A stretch of DNA of 64,000 nt from the human T2T-CHM13v2.0 reference genome, Homo sapiens, in assembly GCF_009914755.1 (NCBI RefSeq), contig NC_060926.1, one strand, 5' to 3'. This document shows positions 1 through 14,167 of this stretch, piece after piece. Numbering within the stretch: position 1 is the stretch's first letter; every line of letters starts with the position of its first letter. The translations under genes were made by a program, and so were the position numbers. Under the pieces are notes generated by a model that made no database searches, was not told the DNA's origin, and was given only the letters and a program-made list of their open reading frames with translations.

Positions 1-390
1 TTTTGGAAGAGAACTTTTAAAGATAGAAAAGCTTTTAATTTTCGAAGGAGCAGAGATCTACAGACAAATTATTAGGTCCAGTCACTAGCCCCTCTGTGAA
101 GCTTCGCAGCACTTTCTGCTGAAGCCGCCTTCCTGTTTTCCCACACAAAGGCCAGGACAATGGGACAGTGGTGGCTGGCATCACTCAGGCTCACACCTGC
201 CTCTGTCAGCTAGGTAAACACCATGGGTTGTCTTCTCTCACTTGATGGCAGTTAATTGGTAAATCCATTTTTCTACACTTTCATAGGTAGAACTATTTTT
301 TCTTTTGTACTTCAAGGACTATTGGATGTTAGAGCTCTGAAAAATATAATATATATTTTAAAGGATTGAAACTCAGTGAAAAGGAGTTCA

Positions 391-720
<330 letters not shown>

Positions 721-2735
721 TTATATTTTAATTAAATTGTGAATGATTTTGAACATATATAGGAGTTAAGTGTTTTTAAATATATGTTTGTAAATAAAAA
801 TTATGATGTTGCCTGGTTCCTTTTTTGGCCATATTATCACAATCCTAAAGAGGGCTAAGATGTAAGATGGACTCCAGACTAGACTACACACAGACTCAAA
901 ACTTTAAAATATTCTCTTGCCTTCTTGAGGAGAAGGAAGCCTAAACTGTAGGATATCTACTTGTATTTTAAAATAAAAATACAAGTTTGTCATAACAAAG
1001 TATTAATGTGATGAAGTGGCAAGAAAAAGTAAAACATCAAATAAAAAATAAACTCTTACAACTACCTCCTTAAAATGATATTGAAAATTATTATAAAATA
1101 TGCATCAGTAGCTACCATAATGAAACCCAAAACTTAGAATAATTTTCATTAACTCCAAGAATCGACATTCTTACTATCTTCTGAATGATGCCACAAATAC
1201 ATATAATAACAAGCACTGTTTGAATGTCCTTCTAAGCCCCACATACTAAGCAATGAACTTCCTAGGCACTGCCTCCTACTCAGCTTCTAACAGCAAGTGA
1301 ACTGCAGAGCTGAGATTCGAGCCTTGAATGACAACTGAGCTAGACTGTTGACCACAGACATCCTGCCTCGAAATGTGAGTCATGTCTGAAAATCAAATCA
1401 GACCTGGTTAACTCCTTTCTGAATCAAGACAAGACAAATATAAAAATGTATGAAAATATTAGAATATAAAAAAATTGAACAAGACCAACTAGTTTGTCCC
1501 TTAATATTTTTTCACACTAAAGAGAGAGTATCTTTGCTAGGCTCATCATAGATGAAGCTTCTCTATTAAAGAGTATTTGAAAAAGTAACTGAAGTGCATT
1601 GATTTATTCTAGAATTGAACTGGTCAAAAATGAAGTCAGATTTATAGACTTCTTAATCTTTCTTTTTTATAAAAACTGTCCAACATTTTGTTGTTTTAAA
1701 GCTAAAATGTAATTCTTGATTGGTTCTGTACTGACGTGGTATTAGGCACTTCCGAAAATAGCTGATTTGTCACATTGCAGGGAAATTTAATTTTTGAATA
1801 ATTTTCTCCATATATTTGACCATTTGCTCTCATATTTTTTTACAAGACTTTATAGGCCAATTTTTGTCTTTACAAGATTGGATTCAAAAAGATAACTAGA
1901 AGTTGAATGCCCAAGTCTATTTCATCATTAGCATTCAGACAGGAAAAATATCTACCCAGCATATTTTATGTTTCCATTTTCATTTTGGAATGTTTTAAAC
2001 TTTTTCTTCTAAAAGTAACTAAGAAGTTTTAAGCAAAAGCTATGCAAACACAGGAGGCTTGCCTGTGAAAATGGACCTCAGCTGGAGGCACTCCACCACC
2101 AAGCCTCCTCCAGGTGGGTCAGCGAAGGGAGACGAAGGAAACGCAAATTCAAACTGCTGCTGAGGTCGGTGGGCCCTTTGTGTTGCTTTGACTGAGTTGA
2201 CAGGTGGAGTGTGTATGTTGTGTGAGGTAACTTTAAGGTGTCCATCTAAATGCAAGGCTCATCTAAGCATCTGAAAGACAAAATAATGAATTGGTGGGGA
2301 GTTATCTAAGGAGGACAAGCCTGTCTGAGGGCATAACCCCACTTCCAGTGAGCCTTTGGTCAATTTGTATGTGAACAGGATCTTCTGCCTTTCTTATAGG
2401 GAAGAATTCTGTGACGAGTTGGCCCCTCCTTGCCCATCTGAGAGCCCATTGTGCACTCCCTCATTTAAAATAGCAGGGTGTGACAGCAACAGATGGCGCC
2501 CAGAAAGGAGGCGTGGCGAGACCTTCCAGCAGACAGCAAAGGAAGAAGGTCCATGGGCTCAGTGTCCCTCAAAACTAACATCCCCAAAAAGACCGGAGAG
2601 CTGGCGAGGTGACAGCCATGCTGCTCTTTCTAATTGCAAACGTTTGCCAGTGAGAAGAAAAGGAATTAGAATAGGTTCAGCCTCATCGCACCCCATGCCA
2701 TAACTATTTTTCCCATTAAGAAAATAAATGTTTCA

Positions 2736-3254
<519 letters not shown>

Positions 3255-5229
3255 GTCTAAGACATCCACCTTTAGAGATGGCACCCTTTGGACACTGTTT
3301 AAAGGTTTTTTTTTTTTCTCAGTCTCCTTGCCTCAAATCAGATCTGCCCCAGCTGTGAGTGGCCACAGCCCCAACACACAGCACTCTGTTCCTGCCTTAA
3401 TCCTCTCCTCACTCCCCTCAACTAACCAACCCCAGGCCTCTTCCAGTCTCTGCAACACTGCAAATTCAGGGGTTACCAACCAGGGCAGGGGGTTGTAGTT
3501 GGCCTCCCGCTGTCCCCTTCAGTGCCCAGGTCATTGGCAGGAATGGGGATGGGACATCTTCAGCTTTTGAAAGCTCCCAAGGCAGCACCTACCTACGTAC
3601 ACCCCAGTTGCAAACCACCTCCCCGTCCACTCTCCAGTCTCGTCTCGGGCTAAATTCCACCCAGGTGACCCCAGTCTGGGACATGGACATTGCTGGTTGG
3701 GAGTGGTCTAAAAACCGTGAGGCTGGTCTCATTGACTCGACCTTTACTTTCCTCAGTTCATGTTCCATAATTCCAGCACAGATTTACTACACCGTGGTCT
3801 CTCCTGGGCTGTCCCACACCAGCCTCTCCAGCAGGCAACTCCCCACCCCTGCTTGCCTCCTCCTGCTCCTCCATGAGCCGGGGCGGGGGTGGGGGCAGGT
3901 GAAGTAGAATCTGGTACAACTGCTTAATTAGAGTGGGTAGCTAGGTATACAAATGTAAAAAAAAATATCATGGAGAAACTTAAGGGGAAAATACCCCACA
4001 ATAGCAATCTGAGGAGGGCTGAGTGACAATGAAACAAAGGTCCCTTCCGTGTTGCCCCATTCTGCTATGAAGTAGGAACTTTCCTAGCTGCACTTTACAG
4101 ATGAGAAAACTGCCACGAGTATAAGAAGCTTGCCCCAGGTCAGAGAGTGAGGGTGGAATGGGGACATGGATGCAGGCTGCCTTGGCTCCAGACACTAACT
4201 CCTAAGCACCATGTTAAGTCATGGCACCACCAGAGGGGTGGGGATGAACAACTTTGCCTTTCTGGCACCTTTTCTTTCTTATAGATGCATCCATGAGCCA
4301 GTATCTAGAGGCGGCAATGCAGGAAGAGCCAGAAAGCAAAGGCCAGAACCCACTGTTCAGGCTTGCTGCACCCCAAAACTCTTCACAGCAACATTGAGTC
4401 CTAGTTGTGCGGCCTGCCAGGGTGTTTGCTGATCACTTGTGAAAACTAGGAACATAGCGGGGGCTTTTCAACATCGTATCAGCCTGTGCCTTCCAACATC
4501 ATAATTGAGAAGGAATGAAGCATATTTGTTCTATAATAAAACAGGTTAATATAAAATTAGATGGATGGAATATAATTCTCACACCATAAAATCCACCTTC
4601 ATTGAAGTGTTTGTCTTATGAGTTTCAGAACATCCAGAGTCATGGCCGTGGACACCGCTCTCCTGGATCCCGTCCACCCTGGGGATGTGCTGTCCCAGGC
4701 TGCTTTTCTCCTTCTCTCTTTGGCATGTTTCACCTGCCATCTGTCTGTTCTCCCAAAGCCAGCACACACCCAGACCATTCTGCCTGTGACCTCTCCAACT
4801 CAGTGGCAGGGCAAAGTGCAGCCTCCAAGGTTGGGCTTCCAAACCTCCGACCACATGACCTCTATCAACTCATCCAGGCTCATCTGCTGCTGCGTTCTCG
4901 GACCTGCCCTGAGACCCAGCCCAGAGCAACACTCAGTGTTCCTCAGCTGCGGTGCCTCCTCTCCCACCATCTGCCTGTAATTGGGTCTCATTTTCTGGAA
5001 TGACTTTCCCAACAGCATTTCTAGGCCAGGGTGGACTTCATGGTCCTTCTTCAACCCTGGGCTTCTGTCCAGATAGCACTAAGTAGATAAGCTCTTTCTA
5101 ATGTGTCTCCCTTCCATATTAACAAGTATGCCAGCAATACCCTTATTCTCTTATTTAGACTATGCTTTGCTTTAGAATGATGACTTTTGAACAATAGGGA
5201 ATTCTTACTTTTCCTGTGAGCAGAACTCA

Positions 5230-5590
5230 ACTCAGCAGATCCTTCATTTCTCCTTGAAATGTGTGCTTCTGATTTCCAGGACACCACTCTCCTGGATCCC
5301 TTCCACCCTGGGGATGCGCTGTCCCGGCCTGCTTTTCCCCTTTTCCCTTTGGCTCTGACCACAGAGTGTTGCAGGCCTCAGACCTTAGACCTTGACTTTT
5401 CTGTCTGTTCATTCTTTGTTGATATCATCTGGTCCCATGGGATTAAATATCATCTCTACATGGATGACTCCCAAAGCGTATTTCTAGACTGAGACTCACC
5501 TCTGAACCTCAGCCTCATAGATTCAATGACCCACTTGACATCTCGACTGAGATATCTAATTGGCATCTCAAGCTTCCCCGTCCACAGTGG
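5230..5590 (+). mobile_element. L2 LINE fragment (ORF2 RT region)
   Basis: CCATGGGATTAAATATCATCTCTACATGGATGACTCCCAAA translates to HGIKYHLYMDDSQ (L2 YADD motif region); downstream CTTGACATCTC...GGCATCTCAAGCTT is typical of L2. Confidence 0.75.
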
Positions 5591-6079
5591 AATTCTGTGT
5601 GTTTCCCATAAGCTCAAAACCCTTAGACCAGCTGCCAAACCAGAAAGGTGTTTGACTGTGAGGAGTGCATCGAGGGACCACAGGATGGAGCCCAGGATGA
5701 GGCTTCCAGGTGGAACCCATAAGGACCTCATCTCTTCCCAGCTCGTCACACCCAGCCCTGCACTGCTCCTGTCCTGGGCACAGACTCACATGGAAAGCTG
5801 ACCGCACTATCTGTTAAGAAGCTCCTGGTCTTCTGTCCTTTTCTTGTTATCTGAATTAGCAAAAAACTCTTTCTTTTTGGGGATAGTGGTTCAAATATGT
5901 TCACTACCATTGTTTTAGAGCTAGGCGAATTAATGTTCATGATGATACCCATGAAGTTAAAACCCCTGCATCATGTACTTTTTAGAAAGGCCTTTTTCAC
6001 TGAATTATCAAAAACAGCCGTAGTTTAACCAATATTTTGCCCTGATTTATATTATCCAGAAAAATAATTCAAAAGGAAT

Positions 6080-6290
6080 TAACATGACCTTCTAGCATTT
6101 GTCAGAAGTTGTGCTCTGTGATTTACATATTAGCTTGTTCAATTCTTCAGATATTCTGAAAGGCAGATACTATTAACTCCATCTTGCAGTTGAGAAAATA
6201 GATACTCACAGACATTAACTAAATTGCCCAATGTCAAGTAGCTCATAACGGCTAGTAAATGCCTAGGGTTGAATATAAGTTTGTTGATGT
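6080..6290 (-). mobile_element. MIR fragment
   Basis: TACTATTAACTCCATCTTGCAGTTGAGAAAATAGATACTCACAGACATTAACTAAATTGCCCAATGTCA resembles the MIR core. Confidence 0.55.
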
Positions 6291-7629
6291 TCAGACCATG
6301 TATATCTCTATGCAAGGATTACAGATAATATAATCATCATCACTATCATCAGTATAATCATTACCTACATAAAAGACAGGGCAAGGGGGTGATTCTGTAA
6401 TATACATTTTGTATCAGGTTTGAATATCTGATAAAGTCATTTAGCTTCATAATTACCTTAAGAGCACAAAGATGCAAAAGTCCATCATATGACTTTCAAA
6501 TTGGCAAAGGTGATAATATTAAAAACCTGTGCAACAGGATTATAATAATAATTTAGCTAGCCACATGGTTACTTACCATTGTGTTAGATTTTGAATACTG
6601 TAGTGAATGAATGTCTTATCCAAAAGCAAACATTTTTTAATACTGTTATCTAATTAAATAGCTAAGATTTTTGCTGAAATCAGCAAGACAAATTGAACTT
6701 TAGAACTGGAAGAAAGTTTAGAATTTTTTTGCCAATCTTTTTGATTTTATAGAAAAAGTATTTATATAAATTCTTGAGTTGAAAGATTAAAAGCAAAAAT
6801 TTTAAGCTAATAATATAAATTGCAGTCTAGAAACCCACTTTGTCTATAAAACATTAAAATAGAACCATTTATATAACTTAGCAGGTATAAAAAGGTTTCA
6901 ACCTTAATATTACAGAGAAGAGCTATAAATACACTATTTCATGTTCCCCCAAACACCTGAAAACTTATGAAAAACTATGTTATTTAGGTTGCTTCTTTTC
7001 AAGGTAACAGGGAAGTATTGATTATTTGCCCAGCCAATACAATAAATTTGTGCTCAATATTAGCACATATTAACAATCTTTTTAAAAAATACAGGACAAG
7101 GGCAAGTTAATAAGAAGAAACACAAGCAGTAGAGAAGGATATGAAGTGAAACACGGGGGTCTTCCAAAGTATCCAGCTGAGCTCCTGGCTCCGATTTCTC
7201 AGCAGCAAACAGCCGGTTGAGAACTCAGCCAGGTATTTTCTATGCCTTTACAAATGTATCACTCTGTGTATACACATACATACATAAATATACAGAGATG
7301 TGTTTATGTTTATATTAGGCATTTTACATATCTAATTACATATTTAACATAACTATCTTCTCTATACAAATAGAATCACATTATTCCATACATTTGAAAT
7401 GAGTTCTTCATATACAAAAATGATATCTTTATTAACTTTTCTAGATCTGCTTCATTCTTTTTTTAAAAAAGCACAGGATCCCTATATATAAAAATAAATA
7501 TTTACTCATTCTTTCTCCTACATTTGAAATTTTGGTGGTTTCCATGATTTTATTATTACAAAGCTGGCTAGCACAATGAGCATCCCTAGCCACATATTCT
7601 TGAACACTTATAAAGATAGTCTCATAGGA

Positions 7630-7864
7630 TTTCTTTCTTTCTTTTTTTTTTGTGTGTGGATACAGTCTCACTCTGCTGTGCAGGCTGAAGTGCAGTGGTG
7701 TGATCATGGCTCACTGAAGCCTCAACCTCCTGGGTTCAAGTGATCCTCCCACCTCAGCCTCCTGAGTAGCTGGGAACACAGGTGGAGATTTCTTTTTTTT
7801 TCAGTTTTTTGCACAGATGGGGGCCTCACTGTGTTGGCCAGGCTGGTCTTGAACTCCTGGGCTC
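7630..7864 (-). mobile_element. AluJ-type, partial
   Basis: Poly-T, then CAGTCTCACTCTG...GATCATGGCTCACTGAAGCCTCAACCTCCTGGGTTCAAGTGATCCTCCCACCTCAGCC (J-type); 5' part of left arm missing. Confidence 0.85.
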
Positions 7865-8287
7865 CAGCGTGCACCCACTATAGGCAAGGCACTGTGTTCA
7901 GAATTCTATGTATATGTATGTATATGCATATATTATCTCTAAACCTTATGCCAACGCAAGCAGGCACACAACATAGCTGCTCCCATGGTGTGTGTAAAAC
8001 TGCACAGCTAGTGAGGGCTGGAGCTGCCATCTGAACCAGTGTGCATCTGCCTCCCAAGTCTTTGTCCTCTCCACCGAAACAGAAAACCACATTTACAATT
8101 TTATTATTTATAAATCCTTCCGGTGAAAAACCATTTGTTTTAAATTCCTTGCATTATTAAGCAGAGAATTTTACTTGAAATCTCCTTTACCTTTATTTTT
8201 AACTGTTTACTCGCCTAACATAGATTTGACTTCAAAACAATTCCTCTTTTCCTTCATGTAAATTACATTTCAGATTCTCCAGTGACT

Positions 8288-8304
8288 TGTCAGTAGAGGG
8301 AGCC
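8288..8304 (+). promoter_or_regulatory. Candidate CTCF motif
   Basis: TGTCAGTAGAGGGAGCC vs core CC(A/G)(C/G)(C/T)AG(A/G)(G/T)GGC(A/G); motif match only. Confidence 0.35.
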
Positions 8305-9495
8305 TTAAGATGCATTTGACAACCCTTTTATACGGTGAACAGTGATCTCTCAACAGGAAAACATCAGCCAGTTGAATTTGTTTTATAATAGAACAACATA
8401 TTTATAGAAAGGATAAGGAAAAGGCAGGCAGCTGCTGGGTTCAGCCTGTGGGAGAAAACAACCTACAAAGTGCTCGGTGAACTCATCCCTCAGCTGCAGC
8501 GTCTGTTTCCTTAGCACTTCCAAGGTACAGTTTCCTTTTGCTGGGATGCAACTTCAAGCTCGAATTTCTGAAAGTAATTCATTAGGATGTATGCTAAGTA
8601 ATATGTGACGCCTGTTCCCTGTGAGTTTATTGACCAGCTCAATTCAGGATTATGAATCGCCAATGTACTTAGAACACAGAATTCTTGTTCGGTGACTATT
8701 ATGGGTCTTGCTGAGTTAGGATGGTAGCCCTGGCCAACTCCCTGAGCTCTGCCATCGCCACTGGCAAGCTGCATGCCTGCAAGGTGACATGTGACAGTGT
8801 CAGCCCGCTCCCTACCCAGACGCCACGCTGTGGAAAATCCACTTCTAGCAGCAGCATCTGGGCTGTCGGCGGGCTCCACCGGCACCAAAGCTGACAGCAC
8901 TGATGTTGCCGGGGGCTCTGTCTCAAGCGGGCTGCACACCACGCTGAAAGATTCCACTCCAAGCCATTTTCCCAGTCTTACCTTTGATCCTCAGCTATTT
9001 GCATATTTTTATAAGCTTAGGTGGAGAAAAAAGCACCTGTTCAAATACCTCCAAGATCTTTCTGTCTTTACATTTCTATGGTGGAAAATGAGGTGCCCTG
9101 AGCCTGGACAGGAGTCAGGTTCCATGGAGCACTACTGTGAGACGGCTGTTCAGGCCACACCACTGGCCCAGGCAGACAGACCACACGACCATCAGGGAAC
9201 TTACCCAGCCCCCACCCCCAGACTCAGGGCATAGCAAAGGTGCTTCGCAAATACTTCAAAATAGGAATCAACATTATCCAAGTTATTACCCTTTCCAGTC
9301 CTTTTCAACTGCAAACACAGCTTTCATTTCCTGCTTTTTATTTCACTGGTTCCCAGACTATTGAGCTGGATTGGGAAAAATATTAACAGCTGAATATTAA
9401 AGCATGAGAGAAGTAAGCCCCACTGTAGGATGACAGAAGGGAGATACTAGTTATTCTGCCCTACCCATATTCACCCATTCATTTTCCGTCTGTCT

Positions 9496-9581
9496 GTCTG
9501 TCATTTGCTAATTAACAAAGATTTGTAGGTTGATTGCAGTCTGTCTATTACTAATTAACAAACATTTGTAGGTTGACTGCG
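9496..9581. repeat. Tandem duplication, ~43 bp x2
   Basis: GTCTGTCATTTGCTAATTAACAAAGATTTGTAGGTTGATTGCA / GTCTGTCTATTACTAATTAACAAACATTTGTAGGTTGACTGCG. Confidence 0.85.
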
Positions 9582-9621
9582 TTACTGCCTAAGATTTTCA
9601 AGGCTCGTTAGGCAAAAATGG

Positions 9622-9946
9622 TTTTGTTTATTTTTTTAATTTTTTATTTTTTTGAGATAGGGTCTGGCTTTGTTGCCCAGGCTAGAGTGCAGTGGCACAA
9701 ACACAGCTCACTGTAACTTCCTGCAACTTCCACCTCCCAGGCTCAAGCAATCCTCCCACCTCAGCCTCCCGAGTAGCTGGCACTACAGGCATGCAACACC
9801 ATGCCCAGATAATTTTTGTATTTTTTGTAAAGATGGTGTCTTGCCATGTTGCTCAGGCTGGTCTTGAACTCCTGAGCTCGAGCAATCCACCCGCCTCAGC
9901 CTCCCAAAGTATAGGCATTTACAGGCGTGGGACACCTTGCCTAGCC
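9622..9946 (-). mobile_element. AluJ-type, full length
   Basis: T-rich tail, GAGATAGGGTCTGGCTTTGTTGCCCAGGCT...CAAGCAATCCTCCCACCTCAGCC...CTCCCAAAGT. Confidence 0.9.
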
Positions 9947-12900
9947 AAAAACCAATTTTTTATATATATAAAAAAAGCATGGAACAATGACAACTTAAGG
10001 ACTCTAACAATTGGATTTCCACGATAACTCCTCCCAGATAACTCCTCTAGTCTTATATTTAGTCTTTGCTCATTTGTTTTGTTCTTTAGATTCTGGTTTG
10101 GTTTGATCTTAAAAGTCATCAGAACAAGCAACGGATTATTGTGGTTCTTCTCAGAGAGATGCACAAGTTCTGTCTGAACTCAAAATACCTAAAAATTGAT
10201 ACTGCAAAACCACTTAACAATAAAGGAAAGTTTCATTCCACAATTATGCAAAGGCTTCTTTTGCAAATATCCCTGCGACAGAGAACACAATGAGAAATAG
10301 GCAAGAAGATGTAACTTGCTGATTACTGAATTCCTTCATGAAAGAGTGAAGAAAGGATGCATTCAGTGGTGCAGATGGCTGAGTGCATAACAGGTAGGTT
10401 TGGTGAAGAGGGGACAGTCAGCATCCACAGGAAGAAAAGGCAGAAAAGGAGAGGTGGGGTTTGATTGCAACAAGCAGCTCTGCCCTCCAGCCGGGAGGCT
10501 TGGGTCACCTGCAGTTACTGTGACAAACACAACAAGAACTCAAGTGTGCCAACTTCCTGCATAGGCAGGTTCTCCTGGGGCAGCTGCCAGCTATGGGCTT
10601 TACTTTGTAAGTCAGCATTCCATGGTGGAAAAGGCACTGGACTTGAAGTCTGCTCTTCTACCCACTTCATTAATTTCTCTCGGCCCAAGTAGGTGCCTCT
10701 GTAGCACGGGTATGACAATTACTTCTCAAGGCTTCTATGAGTTTTTGAACTATGGACAATATGTGAATGTTGGATGTTATTCCTGTGCCCAGAGTGGCAC
10801 CGTCCCATCCATATGAGGAAGGAAAACTCATTCATTTCTTCACACGACTCCTCGGACAAAGGACTCTTCCTGGGAGCTACGATAGGCTTTAGGGATGGTT
10901 GGACACTTATTTAAGTTTAAGGATGATGATATACATTTGAAACAGGAAGGCAGTGTGGAGCAATGATGAAGTGACTACAGACAGGGCAGGCAAGAAGAGG
11001 TGGACTTCAGTTCTTTGGCTGCTGACTGCGCTGTGACCTGCCCTCAGGCCCTGCGTCCTCATGGCTCCCTTCTCTCTGATTGTACTGCCTCTGGGTTGAT
11101 ATTTCCACCTAAGTTGTATTTCTTATCACTCTGGACCTTCAGAGGTCTCTGTGAACAGAGGACAGCCATAGAATTTAGCTTGAAAAATCACTGGGCCGAT
11201 TGGATGTAAAAACGTTCAGGAAGCCCCTGACTCAGGGCCCAGCCTGCATTAAGCACTCCTCAACATCACATAGGCATTCCCTGAAGGTAGCAGGTGCTCA
11301 ACGTATATTTTCTGAGTGAATGAATGAATAATATACACATTTTTTAAGTCGCACATTTCACATCTTGGAAATCTTGGAGAAGCTATTTTACAGACCTGAG
11401 CTTTCCAAGGTCAGATGATCAGCGAGTGACAGGGCCAGGAGGGTCCAAAGAGAAAACAGAGCAAGGGGTGCCAGGACGACAGGATCCAAAAAGGAAGCAG
11501 AGCACGGGGCGCCGGGATGTCAGGGCTGAGATGCGGGGGTGTGGCCTGCCACGTCTCATCTCAGTCCTGGAGACCAACGGGCTGCGGGAGCCCTAGGGTT
11601 GCGCTGTGATGCTAAAGAGCTGATGTACCCAGTGCCCCTGCGGACCTCGCCTGTGTCTTGGAGGCCGCCTGCTCTGGCTCCTGAGGGGTCTACACATCTC
11701 ACAGACCCTGGGGTGGGATGGGGCGGCCTCTGGTGTCTCAGGACACTCGTGTGTCCCTGGCACAGAAGGAAGAAGAGGAAGTGGCCATCCAGTGCACATG
11801 ATACAATGAGAACTGGGAATCATGACTCAGAGTCACCTGTGAGTGTGGTTGTAACAAGAGAGCGGAATCAGCCATATCGGCACCATTGTCAGACAGGAAA
11901 TGAACCCAAGGTGGGCTGCTGCCTGGGAGGGTCAGCAATCCATTTTAGTAGCTATCATGTTGAACCAAGGCAGCCCCTGTGGGCTGCAAGGGAGTCCAGA
12001 TTCTCACCCTGTACTGGCCTGCCAAGCTCGTGGCCTTTAACTATGTCCAGCCACAGTCTGAAATACAGGAGAAACAGCCACTGCTCAAGGGTCTATTTTC
12101 TTATGGGGAGTTTGTTTTTGTGTTTTTCTTCATAAGGCCATGGCAGGATTGCGGGTATACCTGGCACTGATCTTATAACCAGGCTTGTAGCTCTTAGATA
12201 AGTCCATGCTTGTTTTGTATAATAAAATGTGAAATCAATCTACTATGAAAGTCTATTCAGTGCATTTTAAATGGCAACTCACATTTATCAGGTCAAGAAG
12301 TGACATTTGTGAAACGCACAGTCTATTTGTCTCTTTAATGTACACTCATTATTCTACTCCTTAAAAATTGGAATTAAGCATGAAATAGGGAATCAGAATA
12401 AAATTCATACATGTTGCCCTTTTCTAAATCATTTCAATTTAAAAGAATAGTGTTAGATGAGCTTATAATTTCACACTTGTCTTGGCTTTCCTGCTCTGAA
12501 GATCATAAAAAAGAAAGGCCCTGATTATAGTCTGCAGAATAAAGACAGTGAAGACAGACGCACACATTTGTAGGGTGCGGAATTCAGAAGTTTCTGCGAT
12601 TGTACAAAAGTGCTTCAAACAATGCATTTAAATCAAGGATAGATCTTGCAAAGTTTGAGAGATTATCTTTGGATACATAATATATACCTTTGCTGTTTAT
12701 TAATGCTTGAGCCAAGAAGGTTACAGACAAAGACAAAGCAGTGTGGCGTGGAACACCTGCAGCTCAAGTTGGCAACGCTGCTTTGCCTTGCCTACAAAGT
12801 CAACAGTGCCTCCCAGAGGGCCTACTTCACCTAAAACTGTAGTCCTTCCCCATGGCAATCTTTAAGAGGCAGTGCATTAAAAGGGTTATAGAATATCCTG

Positions 12901-13315
12901 ACTTGAATTACTGAGTAATTCTCTGGTTCAAATCTCAGCATGAGAATATGAAGTTCTACTCACTGAGCTTGGTAAGTTGGGAGCTTGGAGAACTCAAGCA
13001 AAATAACATAGGCTATTATTTAAACAGGCTCTGATTGCACTGTGTTCATATGTTGAAATAGATGAGTGCTCAGGCCTCACTGCACTCCCCCGATGCTCAC
13101 GCCTCTGGTCATCTTTCCAAACCCAGCCTCCAGCTCCCCTTGGCCTGCGGTCCTTTCCCTCTCTGCTGGCTCCTCACCCTGGACCTCCCCTTTTTCACTT
13201 TCCCTTTCTTTCTGCCTCTTCCATTGTCTCTTGTCTGCCTGCCAATGCATTTGTCATAACCCACCAATTTCTCTTCTCTTCCAAGCTAGATTTGTTGTGG
13301 CAACCACAGGTTCTT

Positions 13316-13638
13316 CTTAGAGGGGTGTCTGTTAGCTGGTTAGCATCTCCCTCACATCCTCCCTTAGAGGGGTGTGTGTTAGCTGGTTAGCTGGTTGGTG
13401 TCTTCCTCAGAGCTTCCCCTTAGAGGCGTGTGTATAGAGGGCTGTGTGTAGCTGGTTAGCTGGTTAGCGTCTTCCTCAGAGCTTCCCCTTAGAGGGGTGT
13501 GTGTAGAGGGGTGTGTGTAGCTGGTTAGCTGGTTAGCGTGTTCCTCAGAGCTTCCCCTTAGAGGGGTATGTGTTAGCTGGTTAGTGTCACCCTCACAGCA
13601 TCCCTTAGTGGGGTCCCTGTTAGCTGGCTGGTGTCTCC
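13316..13638. repeat. VNTR with variable ~45-70-bp units
   Basis: About 6 repeats of CTTAGAGGGGTGTGTG(T)TAGCTGGTTAG(CTGGTTAG)CGTCTTCCTCAGAGCTTCCC. Confidence 0.9.
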
Positions 13639-14167
13639 CTTGCTCCTGGGTCTCTTACCTCCAGCCCTGTGTTTATTGGCACTAACTCTGGACCTGTGTT
13701 TCCCACAGAGGTTGTATTTCTTGGTTCCTCTGGCCCTCACATTGCATGAGTTTGATTTCTCACCCTTCTGCCATATTCCATTTGGCAAGAGTGAACACGC
13801 AGCCCCTCCTCAGTTCCACACACTGTACACTGAAATACATCACCGCCTTGGTCATGTACTAACTCCGGCTGACTGGCTGATTTCCATGGTGAAATTGTGA
13901 ATTCATAGTGTTTTACTTCTATATTTTTATAAGGTACGCCCCTCCCTCATGTACTCTTCATTTCTAATTAAAATATTTCTCTAGCATCAAGAAAATGTGG
14001 TTGTGAATGGCTTTTACTACTAGTAGGCTGAGGAGCAGCTAATATATTTTTATTGAAAATCCAATAGTTTCATTTGCATTGCATCTGAATTTTTGAGACA
14101 CATAGATAATAGCGTATCATTACCCTTCATATTCCCAAAGGAGCCCAAGAATGAACAGATTACGAAA

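Noticed and set aside
5912-5963. GTTTTAGAGCTAG followed 29 nt later by AAGTTAAAA, resembling the SpCas9 repeat / sgRNA scaffold
   Set aside because: Single occurrence with no array, no nexus (AAGGCTAGTCCG) or downstream hairpins, and no cas genes; ordinary AT-rich primate context. Best explained as chance.
8511-12135. ORFs of 147-198 aa (8511-8957, 8791-9234, 11539-12135)
   Set aside because: GTG starts, overlapping frames and no recognisable protein similarity; consistent with chance ORFs in GC-richer DNA.
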